DNA from: an uncultured Hormoscilla sp. | Lineage (GTDB): Bacteria > Cyanobacteriota > Cyanobacteriia > Cyanobacteriales > Desertifilaceae | NCBI GenBank assembly: GCA_963921275.4 | Contig: OZ001293.3 | Location: 5,344,001 to 5,408,000, forward strand | Length of the DNA stretch: 64,000 nucleotides | Reading direction: 5' to 3' | Translations under genes and position numbers: made by a program | Shown here: positions 49,140-61,130 of the stretch, piece by piece | Layout of the letters: each line of letters opens with the position of its first letter | Numbering within the stretch: position 1 is the first letter of the stretch | The notes under the pieces: generated by a model | Databases searched by the model: none | What the model was told of the DNA's origin: nothing | Seen by the model: only the letters and a program-made list of their open reading frames with translations

Positions 49140-49416
49140 ACTTGATGGTATAAATTTATTTTATATTATGTTCGCTTGCAAATCCAATGAATGTTATAAA
49201 TAGGCTATAACGGGTGCGATCTTAATACCATTTTGAAAAAAAATTGACAATTGTTTAAGCCTTATCATATTAGTCGGTTTTAACCGACTTTAGCTTTTAG
49301 CCGGGGGTTTGAACCCTCCGTGTCTCGTGGGTAGTGCGAGTACGATGTCCCCGGGGTAGTGCGACTAGCGCTCCCCGGGGACATCGAGCGACCACGAGAC
49401 ACGAAAGGCGGGCTAA

Positions 49417-50985
49417 CTACTCAGACAAAGGGAAATTTGATTCTACAGATAGAGAAGCAACTGATTCTGTCTGAACGATCGCGGCTTGGAGGATGGGAGT
49501 GCGAGAGATAGAATCATTAGCGAGGGTAAAGAGGGGGTTAGAAAGAATGCCCCCCAGAGACGTAGCAATCAAAGACAGCACTAAACCCACTTGTAAAGGT
49601 CGCATACCAGGAATATTCCAGCGAACTTCCGGGTAATTTTTCACCACGTCGGACATTTCCTGGGGTTCCTTGACCACCATCATCTTGATAACGCGGATGT
49701 AATAGTAGATGGAAACCACGCTAGTAATTAACCCCAGAATCACCAAGGCGTAAAGTCCAGCTTGCCAACCTGCCCAGAACAGGTAAATTTTCCCGAAGAA
49801 ACCAACCAAAGGCGGTATCCCTCCCAAGGAAAGCAGACAGATGCTTAATCCCAATGTCAGCAGAGGGTCTTTTTGATATAAACCGGAATAGGCGCTAATT
49901 TGGTCGCTACCCGTCCGCAGGGAGAAGAGGATCACGCAGGTGAAGCCCCCTAGGTTCATGAATAGGTAAGCTATCAGGTAAAAGACCATGCTGGAATATC
50001 CCGCTTGGGTGCCTGCCAGAAAACCAATCATCACGAAACCTGCTTGACCTATAGAAGAATAAGCCAATAGTCGCTTCATGCTAGTTTGGGCCAGGGCGAC
50101 CACGTTCCCCAAGACCATGCTGAGAACGGCCAGGGCGGTAAAGACCAAATGCCATTGTTCCGATACCAGGGGAAAGGCCGTCAGCAGCAGACGGATGGCC
50201 AGGGCGAAGCCTGCGGCCTTGGAACCTACCGAGAGGAAGGCCACTACCGGGGTGGGAGACCCTTCGTATACGTCCGGCGTCCATTGGTGGAAGGGGACTG
50301 CCGAGATCTTAAAGGCGATACCGGCGATAACAAACACCAGGGCGATGACTAAACCGATATTAGAACCGCCGCTGCCAGCGGCTATCTGGGAGGCGATCGC
50401 GCCCAGTTTGGTCTCGCCGCCGGACAAACCATATAATAAGGAGGTGCCGTAGAGGAAGACAGCGGAACTGGCCGCGCCGATCAGCAGGTATTTCAAAGCA
50501 GCTTCATTGGAACGGGGGTCGCGCTTCAGGTAACCTGTTAGCAGGTAGGAAGAGATACTGAGGGTTTCCAGGGAGACAAAGATCGTCACCAGCTCATCGG
50601 CACCGGAGAGAAACATGGCTCCGAGGGTAGCAGTGAGCAAAATGCTGATAAATTCTCCTAAGGCACTGCCCGTCTCTTCCACGTAGGTAACGGACATTAA
50701 AATAGTCACCAAAGCTGACAGGGCGATGATACCCCGAAATATCACGCTCAGGGCATCCCCGTTAAACTCTCCCAAAAAGGCGATCGGGTTTTCGGTATCC
50801 CATTGGAAAAGCAGGGCGAAGATCGCACCTGTCAGTCCAGCGATCGCCAGATAGGGAATCCAGCGAGAGGAGGATCTGCCAGCTATCAGGTCAGCCATCA
50901 ATACCGCCAGGAGAGTGATAATCACGATCATCTCTGGCAAAATCGTCCCAGCGTTGAGCTGGGCAGCAAGTGTAGCAAAATCCAT
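49417..50985 (-). CDS. ndhB: NAD(P)H-quinone oxidoreductase subunit 2 (NdhB)
   Basis: [34 protein letters not shown]. Confidence 0.97.
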   Translation of the reverse strand: MDFATLAAQLNAGTILPEMIVIITLLAVLMADLIAGRSSSRWIPYLAIAGLTGAIFALLFQWDTENPIAFLGEFNGDALSVIFRGIIALSALVTILMSVTYVEETGSALGEFISILLTATLGAMFLSGADELVTIFVSLETLSISSYLLTGYLKRDPRSNEAALKYLLIGAASSAVFLYGTSLLYGLSGGETKLGAIASQIAAGSGGSNIGLVIALVFVIAGIAFKISAVPFHQWTPDVYEGSPTPVVAFLSVGSKAAGFALAIRLLLTAFPLVSEQWHLVFTALAVLSMVLGNVVALAQTSMKRLLAYSSIGQAGFVMIGFLAGTQAGYSSMVFYLIAYLFMNLGGFTCVILFSLRTGSDQISAYSGLYQKDPLLTLGLSICLLSLGGIPPLVGFFGKIYLFWAGWQAGLYALVILGLITSVVSIYYYIRVIKMMVVKEPQEMSDVVKNYPEVRWNIPGMRPLQVGLVLSLIATSLGGILSNPLFTLANDSISRTPILQAAIVQTESVASLSVESNFPLSE

Positions 50986-51224
50986 AGGTTCTATGAGGTT
51001 TTGTTTACGATCCGTGGGTCAGTCAACTTAACATTCCTTATCATATAGGTGATCGGGACTTTTTTGATGAGTCCCGGCCAAGAAACCCGGCTAAGCTACC
51101 ACGCCCCCAGCCTAAAGATTGGGGCTACACGAACAAAGCCCGCCTGCGCGGGCTATATTAAATTAAAGGGATATTCCCCAAAGAAACCGAGTTTCTTTGG
51201 GGAGTTTTCGCCTATTATCCCTGG

Positions 51225-51635
51225 TTATACCCTTAACACTGGTTGATCCGGATGTTCTGGGTTTGGCAATAATCGCTGTCCCAGACAGTCTACATGCAGA
51301 TCCATCTTCTCCAGAATAGTTTGTCCAATAAGTACAATGTCGCCTAACACTAGCGCCTCTTCCAGAGTCTCTCGCCCCATGATTTCCACTTCTACTGCTT
51401 CGGTCACATCCACTTCTTCATGCCGCCCATCTGCATACCTGGCCACCTGTTTGCCGCGCCGTTCCAGACCCAATTTCCTGACTACATGGGATGGCAGCAC
51501 TAATGAAATACATCCTGTATCAACTAAAGCATCTGCTTCATAGGAATGAACTTCTCCTATGGGCATTGTCCGCCGCCGCACTAACCCCATATCCGCAGCA
51601 TTGGTTAGTTTCACCTTTACTTTTACTTCTCCCAT
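51225..51635 (-). CDS. Clan AA aspartic protease-like protein
   Basis: ALVDTG, LIGQTILE. Confidence 0.85.
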   Translation of the reverse strand: MGEVKVKVKLTNAADMGLVRRRTMPIGEVHSYEADALVDTGCISLVLPSHVVRKLGLERRGKQVARYADGRHEEVDVTEAVEVEIMGRETLEEALVLGDIVLIGQTILEKMDLHVDCLGQRLLPNPEHPDQPVLRV

Positions 51636-51741
51636 TTTCTCTCTCCTTCTCTTTACCAAATAAGAGGCGATCGCATTTTCTCTATCTTAACATTAAATCT
51701 GTGTCGCCAACCTTTTGGTGGGCGATGCTTACTAACTCCTA

Positions 51742-52790
51742 CTAACTCTGCACCGAAAACTCATCTGGGTCAATTCCCCAATTCACCCATTTTATCGCTT
51801 TCCTAGCCGATTCTACATCAGGGGTAACTCGCAGAGCATAAATATATCTCGTACTCGGGCAAGTCATCTTTAACAGATAAATTTGCTCCACATACACATC
51901 AGCATCTATTCTTAACAGCGTGTCTTCTCGCCAACTATCCAATTCTTTTGCTTGCAACGCCAATTCTGGCTTAACCTATTTCCTGAATTAGCAATCCTCT
52001 GACTTCTGCATTCCTCCAGAGACAAAATTTTTACTTCTAAACTTTCGCTCTCCTGCCGCTCTCCTGCTAATGTTCGGTTAAAATTGCCATTGCTTCATCT
52101 CGCTTCATCTTTTTCCTTTTGATTGATATTGCTAACTGTCTTTCTCTACTATTATATAGCATCCTCTGATGCCCAGAAACCAGGTTTATAGCGCGACAGC
52201 GTCGTCGCGCTATTCGTATAGAAGAAACCGAGTTTCTCAACTTTTCCATACTGACGATCGCCCGGTTTGTTAGTCCGGTTCATCCAATAATGATTGTAAT
52301 TCCGGCATCAGAGGTAGCAGTTCATTTTGGATAATATCCCAAACCTTTTCCAAGTCCACGTCGCGATATTCATGCTTGCGCAGCATTTGCCCCCAGGGAA
52401 TTTGGGGATAGCGAGTCTGAATTTCTGGCGGTATTTTCCGCGCCGCTTCATGATAATTCTGAAACAGTACAGCACTGCACTTACCGTCATTTTATCGGTT
52501 ATAAAAGTCTCAAAGTCCAAATCAACAGCGAAACTCTGGACATCAGTAATAGACCCGAGAATATTCTCAATGTAAATTTTCCAATCATGGCGCGGTATAT
52601 TATAAGTAACCTCCTTAGTAACAACCTTCTGACTGGTAACCGGCAGTACCGGTAAAGCTTCCCTGAGAATGCGATCGCGCAGTCTGGGTTTCAACTCTTT
52701 AGGAACAACGAGATACATTTTGCATGCCAAAATATTTTCCAGGTATTGCTGAATTTCTACAAAATCATACCAGAAATTCTCTAAGTTCTC
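51742..52790 (-). pseudogene. Debris of DUF6745, nucleotidyltransferase, HEPN/DUF86 and DUF29-like genes
   Basis: CPSTRYIYALRV; MKRDEAMAIL; DWKIYIENILGSI; RDRILRE fragments. Confidence 0.5.
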
Positions 52791-53309
52791 CTAATTGATG
52801 ATTCATATACTTTAAAAGGGATCGACTTGAGAAGAATGGAGAAGAACGTGTCATTGCGAGGGGGGCGCCTCATCTGTAACTGTGGTAAGCAAAACTATCA
52901 GACCCCCCCGAAGCAATCTCCTGCCCAGCGCTCGGGAGATTGCTTTGGGGGTGTTACTCTTAGACCTCTTCAAAATCGAATTTCTTGCTATGCTTAGGTT
53001 TCAAGGCTCATCTCACATACTCACATTTGTGACCTCCACGACAACATCAGAGTTTGATTTAGTTTCTGTCAATAAATAACTCCAAAGATGGTATTGATTA
53101 ACATTGAACTTCTGAGCACTATCATCGAAATCTACTACTTCTAAAATTAAGGCTCCAATTCTAAATCTTACTAATCCACAAATTTTGAAATTATTGAAGC
53201 ATATTTTTCCGGTTTTAAACGGAACCTTTCACTGGCTACTCGAAATATTTTTACTAATCTGATTACATGTTCTACAAAGACCCTTAAAGATGAAAATTAA
53301 TATCAGCCT

Positions 53310-53702
53310 TCAGCTTTCCGAACAGCTTAAATCCGGAATTAACTCTAGCACAGTTTTTTGAATGAAATCGCGCTGATAAAAATCTCGATCGACAATTTCT
53401 CGATTCCATACCACAATATCTAAATCTATACAGCGCGGTCCATTCTTATTTTCTGTTTTCACCCTCCCCATGTCAATTTCAATTTGTTTGAGCTTTTCGC
53501 GCAGAGTTTGGCGACTATCTTCCGTCTGGATAAGATATGCACCATTCATAAAATCTGGCTGTTCCGTAAACCCGATCGGTCTAGTTCGGTAAAACTGAGA
53601 TTGCTTGACAAACTTAGATTTTTCCGATATCTTCTTCCTAGCGATCTCAATGTTAATTTCTGGATCTATATTAGAGCCAACACTAATTATCACTTCATTC
53701 AT
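53310..53702 (-). CDS. folK: 2-amino-4-hydroxy-6-hydroxymethyldihydropteridine pyrophosphokinase
   Basis: SVGSNI, FMNGA, GPRCIDLDI. Confidence 0.88.
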   Translation of the reverse strand: MNEVIISVGSNIDPEINIEIARKKISEKSKFVKQSQFYRTRPIGFTEQPDFMNGAYLIQTEDSRQTLREKLKQIEIDMGRVKTENKNGPRCIDLDIVVWNREIVDRDFYQRDFIQKTVLELIPDLSCSES

Positions 53703-54118
53703 CTGGTCGCCTTCAATTTAATAGAAACCTAATCAGCAAATCGCAAAGCAAAAGGTTTATCCACTTTCACTTTTGCCCAAACGATGAGATGATTTTCCAT
53801 GACAATATCTAAAATCATTTGAGCGAGAGTTTCTAGCAAATTACAATCGCTTTTTTCCACCAGATTTATTACCTGCTTCGCAATCGTTTTATAGTTGACT
53901 GTATCTTCAACTATATCAGTTTGCGCCGCTTTGCCTACCTTAAACTTCGCTTTGATATTAACGATCACATCTTGCTTATTTTTCCTTTCCCAATCATTAA
54001 ATCCAATTACCGTTCTGAGCCTTAAATTTTCGATCTCGAACACGGCAAAATCCACATAATTATTGTCTTCTTTTTTACTTTTTACTTCTCTTTTTAAGGT
54101 TGACATGCTATTAGTCAT
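53699..54118 (-). CDS. FolB/FolX-family tunnel-fold protein with a premature TAG about 10 codons before the natural end
   Basis: LRLRTVIGFNDWER, LLETLA, KPFALRFAD*VS; natural TGA overlaps the folK ATG. Confidence 0.8.
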
Positions 54119-54182
54119 TGCTCTTCCTTTTTTACAGACAATTAAAGTTCACGACTTCATATTCATTACAACTGGTAACAGT

Positions 54183-54890
54183 TTATAAATGTTGACCTCC
54201 ATCGACAAATAACAGCTGCCCAGTCACAAAATCATTCTCCAACAAATATATCATAGCTTGACAAATTTGCTTTACATTTCCTTGCTGACACATTGGCAGT
54301 TTTTGTTTTAACTTGTCTAGATAATCCTGACTTGCCCCTTCTGGTGCTAAAATAAATCCCGGTGCGATGCCATTAACTCGAATATCGGGAGCTAACTCCA
54401 AAGCTGCCATTGAGGTTAAATCCGCCAGAGATTTCTTAGCTAAAGTATAAGCAGCATAGGTATAATCATTCTTGCTCATGCGAGTGTCTATAATGTTGAT
54501 AATATTTCCTGTGCCAACAAAGCGAGCAAAATCCCGGATTAAGAAGAAAGGCGCTTTCAGGTTAACCGCCAAGTGACGATCGAACAACTCCATCTCCGTA
54601 TTTTTTATAGTTGCTGGTTCAAATATTGAGGCATTATTGACCAATACTTCTAGATCCTGAAAGTCGGCTTTCACTCTTCCCAATAGGTTAATTATATCCC
54701 GATCTCGCTCTATATTTGCCTGATAAATTTTACAGGTTCTACCCTGAGACTCGATCTGGACACGTAACCTCTCTGCACTGGCGCTGGAACTATGATAATG
54801 AATTGCTAAATCATACCCCAATAAAGCCAACTCTTGGGCGATCGCTCTCCCAATGCGTCTGACGCCACCTGTAACCAAAGCGCAAGCCAT
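54183..54890 (-). CDS. Pteridine-reductase/FolM-like SDR
   Basis: TGGVRRIG, LVNNASIF, YTLAK, RVNGIAPG. Confidence 0.82.
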   Translation of the reverse strand: MACALVTGGVRRIGRAIAQELALLGYDLAIHYHSSSASAERLRVQIESQGRTCKIYQANIERDRDIINLLGRVKADFQDLEVLVNNASIFEPATIKNTEMELFDRHLAVNLKAPFFLIRDFARFVGTGNIINIIDTRMSKNDYTYAAYTLAKKSLADLTSMAALELAPDIRVNGIAPGFILAPEGASQDYLDKLKQKLPMCQQGNVKQICQAMIYLLENDFVTGQLLFVDGGQHL

Positions 54891-55041
54891 ATAGTTTCTA
54901 TTTTCGCCTCTTTGTTATTTAGCATAAATTCTAACATAACCGATCGCAGCCTGCTTTGGGATCTAATTGTCACAAAACTTAACAAAAGCGAGGGACATCG
55001 GTCAGGAACCCTTTCCCTTTTCCCCAGCCCCAAATTACCAG

Positions 55042-56052
55042 TCACCGGTCACAAGCAGCAGTTTCTAATTGATTCTGAATTTCCATCGCTTTGCTAAAAC
55101 AGGCGATCGCCTCCTGATACTGTTGCAAACCCGCCAGGGCCGTCCCGCGACTGCGCCAAGATTCATAATCCTGGGGGTTGGAGGCGATCGCCCGGTCGTA
55201 GGAAGCGATCGCCTCTTGATACTGTTGCATTTTTTCCAGAACGACACCGCGACTGCGCCAAATTTGCGGGTAGTCTGGTTTGAGAGCAACTACTCGGTCG
55301 TAACAGGCGATCGCCTTTTCATAGCGCTGACTTTTGGACAGCAACACCCCCCGATCGTACCACAATTGGCAGTCATCGGGTCGAATAGCAGTAGCTTTGC
55401 CATAGGAAACCAATGCTTCCGAATAGCGTTGCAATCTTTCCAAAGCCTTACCTCGTTCGTGCCAGAGTTCGTACTTGCCTGGTTCCAGAGAAATTGCCCG
55501 ATCGTAGGAAGCGATCGCCTCAGCATCCCGTTGCAAATTTTCCAATACCAACCCTCGGCTATACCAAACCTGATATTTTTCTGGTTCGATCGCAATAGCC
55601 TTATCGTAGTCTGTTAGAGCCGACTCGTAATCTTGTAATCTTGCCAATACATTCCCTCTATTATACCACGCATTATAGCAATCAGGTTTAATTTTTATTG
55701 CCCGGTCATAAATTGCGATCGCCTGCTCGTATTTTTCTTCAAAAGCCATACTTTTTGCTTGGGCGACCAAATTATCAGCCAAATTTTTATTTCTCGGCTC
55801 ATTTAATTTCATTGCTGGCATAAAAACATCGGGAGGCGCTAGATAATTTTCAGTTGATTCTAACTGATAGACTTGCTCCTGAATAATTTTGCCCACTTGC
55901 TCTTGAAAGCTAATGCCCAATTCTTCAATTTGCTGCCTAATTTGCTGTTTGAAATCATTGATATTGTCAGCATAATGATTGAATTCTTGCCACTTTGGTT
56001 TGATACCGCTCACATTTCTCTCTCTTTGAGCAGCATCTATTTGTTGGTGTGA
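55042..56052 (-). pseudogene. TPR-repeat protein, 5' end replaced by IS sequence
   Basis: Repeated W..RG..L..L.RY.EA..SYD.AI TPR motifs. Confidence 0.75.
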
Positions 56053-56529
56053 GCACTTCAATATCTTCCGAGGCATGCTCATACGAAGAGTTCCCACTCA
56101 GCAACAAGCAACATTTCTCCAGATAGGGGCTCCACTGGCTCTAGGGCTTCACATCGAAATAAGTCGCTTGCTGGATGTGATTTTGAGCTTGCCCAAAATG
56201 CTGTGCCCGGGTTCTGGAGCGCCCTGCGGTAGTGCCACTAATGCTTTGGATAAAAAAAGGGCAATTTCTGGACTGACGTATTGGAGCAACTGCTGGCGGG
56301 CGGTGGCTTCCAGCCCTTCAAGCGTTTCCAATTGTTCAGGAACAGTTGCACTTAGCCTCTTCATACAACAAGACGGCTAGAGCTTGGGCTATAGGCTTGA
56401 ATTTTGGCCAACTTCTCAGGATTCATAGTTTAAGAGCGTCCAAATGTTTAGGGATTATCTCAGTCTAACACCATCTTGTCAGTTCATAAACTCAGCAAAA
56501 ATACTCATTACCAAACTGGGATGCACCCA
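56053..56529 (-). mobile_element. ISKra4-family transposase N-terminal remnant
   Basis: MNPEKLAKIQAY..TLEGLEATARQQLLQYVSPEIALFL; WSPYLEKCCL; end sequence GGGTGCATCCCA. Confidence 0.65.
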
Positions 56530-56536
56530 GCTGCGG

Positions 56537-58130
56537 GGTGCATCTCACTTTTGCATCTGTGACCTATCATAGACTTTTATCTATGATAAAATTTATTGGC
56601 TTTTGCCAAGGATGCATCTTACTTTTGCAAAAACATCATGTAGAAAGGGCCCCATTTATATAAGCACAACGTCAAGAAAGTATTTGGGGAAGGTTGGATA
56701 TATTCCATTGAGCCCCTGAAATTTTTATCCGTGTTCCCATACGTTTAATCACTGATTCTATTGAACCAGAACCGATAAGACATCTCCAAAAATAAAACCC
56801 TTGTCAGCTCTGGGTTTTAAGCTCTACCTCCCATGCTCACATATGTTACTCAAACGGCAGAATCTGGGTTTGATATATTTCCTGTTAATAAAGAGCTCCA
56901 AAGGTGGTACTGGTTAATCTCAAGTTTTTCAGAGCTATCAACAGATTCTAATACTTCTAAAATTCGCGCAACCAACCCAACTTTTGTCGAAATTACCGAT
57001 TCATATTTATCAATATTTAACCGAAATCGCTCGCTGGCAACCCGGAAAAATTTTACCAATGACTTGTTCAACGAAAACGGGAAGAAAAATCTCTATTTTC
57101 TTCTTTTTGTTTAGCTGTTAATTCCTGTTTTTTCGGTTGTTTTTATTTGAGGTTCTCCAATATAGGCTTATCTCTGCAAAAATTTGATCTGGATCGAAAA
57201 CGACGCTCGCAAGATTTATATCGCTTGCCGAGCCTCTTTCTCCAGATACAACATCGACAATATCTGCACGCTACCAGGTAAAACAATTAATTGATTTTTC
57301 AAAGTATTTCTTCTTACCTGAGTAAAACTTTTTCTGCTCTTCATAGTCCTTAGGTCTTGGTATGGCTTGCGCTATCGACTATCAACTCATATTCTGTGTT
57401 TGGATAAATATTCTTCATCTTCTCCATTTTTTTTGTTCAAGTAAACGGCAAAAGATCTTGCCAATAATTAAAAATATCATTAGCTTTCACGCAAAAAGTA
57501 TACCCAATACTTGGAATGTTAATCCTTGACACATCAAAGTTTATTTGATCTTCTACTAATAATTTAGGTTTCGCCCCCACGAGGTATCAATCTAGTTTTG
57601 TGTTCTTCCACCTTTTCTTTATGATTTTTATCCAACAGCAATTGCAATAAGTTGTATTAAGTTTTCATAGCTGATACCGATGAGCCGTTTTGCTTCTTTA
57701 GGCTTGGCTTGCAAATATGTCCAGGTAATACTCGTCACAAAATTAAATTTTCAAATCTTATTATAGCATAAATTTCTATTTTGGAGATGTCTAGAAAACT
57801 CACCTAACTGATAATACTGATAATCAATTATTCGAGAACGATGTTTTTCCAAATAATTACATAAATTATGAGTTTCTTTTTGATCCGATTGAATAATAGT
57901 ATTGTTTCATCAACTTTTCCCGACCAGAGGAGATTTTTAGCTTTTTTTATCCTCGTAGCCTCCTACTTTATGAAGATTTTCCTTGAGATGATACCAATCT
58001 AATATTTCTCTTCTCTTGCCTGGTTCGCCTATCTGTTTAAATAATTTCCAAATTCCTGCATGTCCATCTCCTAGACAATAAAATGGAGCCAAAAGTTTTT
58101 GACAATTTACCCAGTTGGCTTGAAAAAATG
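56537..58130 (-). mobile_element. ISKra4-family transposase C-terminal remnant, interrupted by an IS5-like element
   Basis: EILDWYHLKENL; IGSGSIES..KISGAQWN; end sequence GGGTGCATCTCAC. Confidence 0.65.
56778..57792 (-). mobile_element. IS5-family (ISL2-like) element, decayed
   Basis: TIRs AGACATCTCCAAAA / TTTTGGAGATGTCT; VKFFRVASERFRL; YSGKKK. Confidence 0.75.
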
Positions 58131-58311
58131 CTCCGCAATATATCCCACTGACTGCTTTATAATCTTTCCATTCACAAGCTTGTCCTTTTTCTTCTGTTCT
58201 AATCCTTGCTTTTCCTCCAGGCGACTTCTTTCACTCCCAATTTCGAGAAACTGACGGTGACAATCTTTACAAATCAAATAAGGTTTACCTAGTCTATGAC
58301 CATTTTTATTA

Positions 58312-59135
58312 GGGCGTGTCATCAGTTAGAGAAAGAGATGAACCGAAGAGAGGGAAACAGAGAGAAAAATGCGCAGAGAAAGCACTTCTTCGATGACCAG
58401 TGGGAAAAAATCAAGGATTTCCTACCGGGGAGAGACGGCCATGTAGGAGGAACGGCCAAAAATAATCGACTGTTTGTTGAAGCAGTGTCGTATCGGTATA
58501 GAGCGGGAATCCCGCTCTCGAGACCTACCCGAAAGGTTTGGAGACTAAAGAAGTAGTACATACGAGATTTAGCCGATGGAACATTCATGTTCTGTGTAGG
58601 AAAGGATCTTCTTTGTGTTGGCGTAAGACGCCGATAAGGAGTATGGGATGATTGATTCGACAATATTTTGAATGAGAGAATTTTGAATGAGAGAATTTTG
58701 AATGAGAGAATTGCTTAAGGAAGTCGAGGAGGATTAAGTACTTTGATTCATGCCACTTGTGACCCTCTTATTAATCTCACAGGCTTCTTTTTGACGAGAG
58801 GACAAGCCCACGTTCTTGATGGCGCAGATGTCCTCCTTGAAAAGCTTGAAGCATAGGCAAGAAGAGCGGATAAAGCTTATGATGCTGATGAGCGGGTCCG
58901 CCAAAAACTCCAAGCTCAAGGTTGCACAGCGGTCATTCCCTCCAAGGTGAAGTGCCAAGTTCCTTATCAGAAGCGACAAGCACCTCTACAAGGCTCGCCA
59001 TCTGCGCCAAAAACTTTTTTGCCAAACTCGAGCAGTATCGCGCTATTGCTACCCGTTATGATCAAACCGCTCGTAACTTTTTAGGGGCGATTTATCTGGC
59101 TGCTTCTGTCGTCTGGCTTAACTGATGACACACCC
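58312..59135 (+). mobile_element. IS5-family (IS427-like) element, decayed, inserted in a zinc-ribbon transposase fragment
   Basis: TIRs GGG(C/T)GTGTCATCAGTTA with TA duplication; NNRLFVEAV, YRAIATRYD; removal restores MKCPRCGSEKINKNGH. Confidence 0.85.
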
Positions 59136-59559
59136 TAATTTTTTCAGAACCACATCGGGGACATTTCATTTTCAACTCCTTTAACTAAAGTATTCGCCTT
59201 ACACTCCATTATAGCACTAATTGTGACTAATGGGTAAAAGTCCCTCATCTTAACTATAAATTCTCCCTGAAAAATTGCAGATTATAATAATATGCATTAA
59301 CCTATCATCCCAAAAATGTGCAACGCCTCACAACGATACCACAAATAACTTTTTCTCACGTTCGGCTGCAAAAGCCAGACAAGCTTTGATATCTTCTGAG
59401 CTGGAGAGTACGAAGTTCTATGAAAATAGGACCTATCCTAAAAGCTGAACCCCTTGCTCCTAATTAGGAGCCCGCGAATTGCTGCATATAGGTCTCTCGG
59501 GCCCAAACCCGCTTCCATGCTTGAGCAGTTCCCCAAAGAACTTCGCACTGTCCAGTTCT

Positions 59560-59714
59560 GAGGTAAGTTCAGAAAAATCTTCCAGAATTTCCACTTCGGT
59601 CATGCCACCTGCCAGATATTCCAAAATGTCGTATACGGTGATTCGCATCCCCCGAATACAGAGCTTTCCACTGCGTTTTCCAGGCTCAATTGTGATAATG
59701 TCTTGGTATTCCAT
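59560..59714 (-). pseudogene. DUF433 protein truncated by an IS end
   Basis: ITIEPGKRSGKLCIRGMRITVYDIL, then CCTCAGAACTGGACA resembling the IS end at 61861. Confidence 0.7.
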
Positions 59715-59870
59715 TAGATATTACACTGCATTTTGCGCTCTAATACTATTTCCTCATCTGTCAAGGGTGTCAGGTCAAAATGGACGAGCCACCTCAATAT
59801 CTGTCGCCCAACCTCCAGTTGCTCTGGGGTGGGCAGCTTATCAAAAGAATTAAGAATTTCTTCAGCTAAA

Positions 59871-60230
59871 GCGGTGTCTCCCGAGAGATCGATGTCTCCC
59901 GAGAGATCGATCTCTCCTGGGGCGAGGTTTCTCCTGGTCGCTCGATGTCCTCCGAGGCGAGGTGTCTCCTGGGGCGAGGTATGTCTCTGGAGCTCGATGT
60001 CTCCACCAGAGCGCTAATCGCACTACTCCGGAGACATCGTAATCGCACAAAAGGGGACATACCTCGCGCCTTACGCACTACCCAGGAGAAACCTCGCGCC
60101 TTACGCTCAAAAGGGAGGACATCGTAACCGCACTACCCAGGAGAAACCTCGCGCCTTACGCACTACCCAGGAGACATCGTATTCGCACTATTTCGGAGAC
60201 ATCATATTCGCACAAAAGGGGAGACACCGC
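59871..60230. mobile_element. Eight nested ~45-nt hairpin elements
   Basis: Seven stacked left arms, one complete core, seven right arms in mirror order; each right arm is complementary to its own left arm. Confidence 0.85.
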
Positions 60231-60293
60231 GCAGTCATTTGTTTTACGGTTGGAACCATCCTTATGGGTATTCTATCACTAAAACTATGACAT

Positions 60294-61130
60294 TTACCTT
60301 TTGTAGGCAACCTGAAAAGCTGACAGATATGAGAGTTGGATACTATTGCCGCAGTTCTTCTCTAGGGTTTCCCTCAAACCGGCAAACAAGGAATCACGCT
60401 GCTGGGACTCTAGGTTGATGTAGGGGGAGTAGGTACTCAACAGCGCCAGATAATCATCGATGCTATAGGTCACTTCACAGGGTAAATCTTCGGACTGGAA
60501 GTCCTGGAAATAACCTGAGTCCTTTACCTTCTGGACAAACTGGTTCAGGTTGGCTAACTGAGTTTTTCTGTCTTCATATCGTCCCAGAGATGGAGCATGG
60601 AGCTGATAGACTTCATCCAACATTTGGTAAACTTCATAGGGGGGCTGGGCTGACGTGTTCCAGAGTAAAATTAGAGCACCTCTTGCTTTTAAGGCCGCAG
60701 TAACTTTGGGATACCCTCTGACAGGGGCAACCCAATGAAAAGCAGTTGCTGCTAGCACCCCATGGAATCTCTCTGGCTCTAGCTCCCACTCCTCAAAGGC
60801 GGTATTCTTAATCTCGACATTGGCATACTGGGCCGAGTTTTGTCGCGCTAGCTGACAAGCTGACTCACTTGGTTCTAGACAGACCATTTGAAAGCCTAAT
60901 TGCCCAAAGGCTTCCGTTGCATTCCCGGGACCGCATCCTATTTCCAAAATGTTGGCTTCCTCTGGGAGTTGCGCTAAGGACACTGCCCGTGAGATCATAG
61001 TTTTCGGATAGCGTGGTCTGGTCCTGTTGTAGGCAGAAGCTACGGCACTGTACCAGCTTTTTATTTGTTCTGAGGTCCAGGTATCCGCTACTTCCCTGTA
61101 CCAGTTTTCAGCTTGTGACGAATCTTTCAT
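60294..61130 (-). CDS. Class I SAM-dependent methyltransferase
   Basis: ILEIGCGPG, AATAFHW. Confidence 0.88.
   Translation of the reverse strand: MKDSSQAENWYREVADTWTSEQIKSWYSAVASAYNRTRPRYPKTMISRAVSLAQLPEEANILEIGCGPGNATEAFGQLGFQMVCLEPSESACQLARQNSAQYANVEIKNTAFEEWELEPERFHGVLAATAFHWVAPVRGYPKVTAALKARGALILLWNTSAQPPYEVYQMLDEVYQLHAPSLGRYEDRKTQLANLNQFVQKVKDSGYFQDFQSEDLPCEVTYSIDDYLALLSTYSPYINLESQQRDSLFAGLRETLEKNCGNSIQLSYLSAFQVAYKR

Noticed and set aside
59871..60230. CRISPR array or protein-coding repeat (several short ORFs in the track)
   Set aside because: No constant repeat with unique spacers; mirror-ordered arms explain the pattern, and the ORFs are low-complexity by-products.
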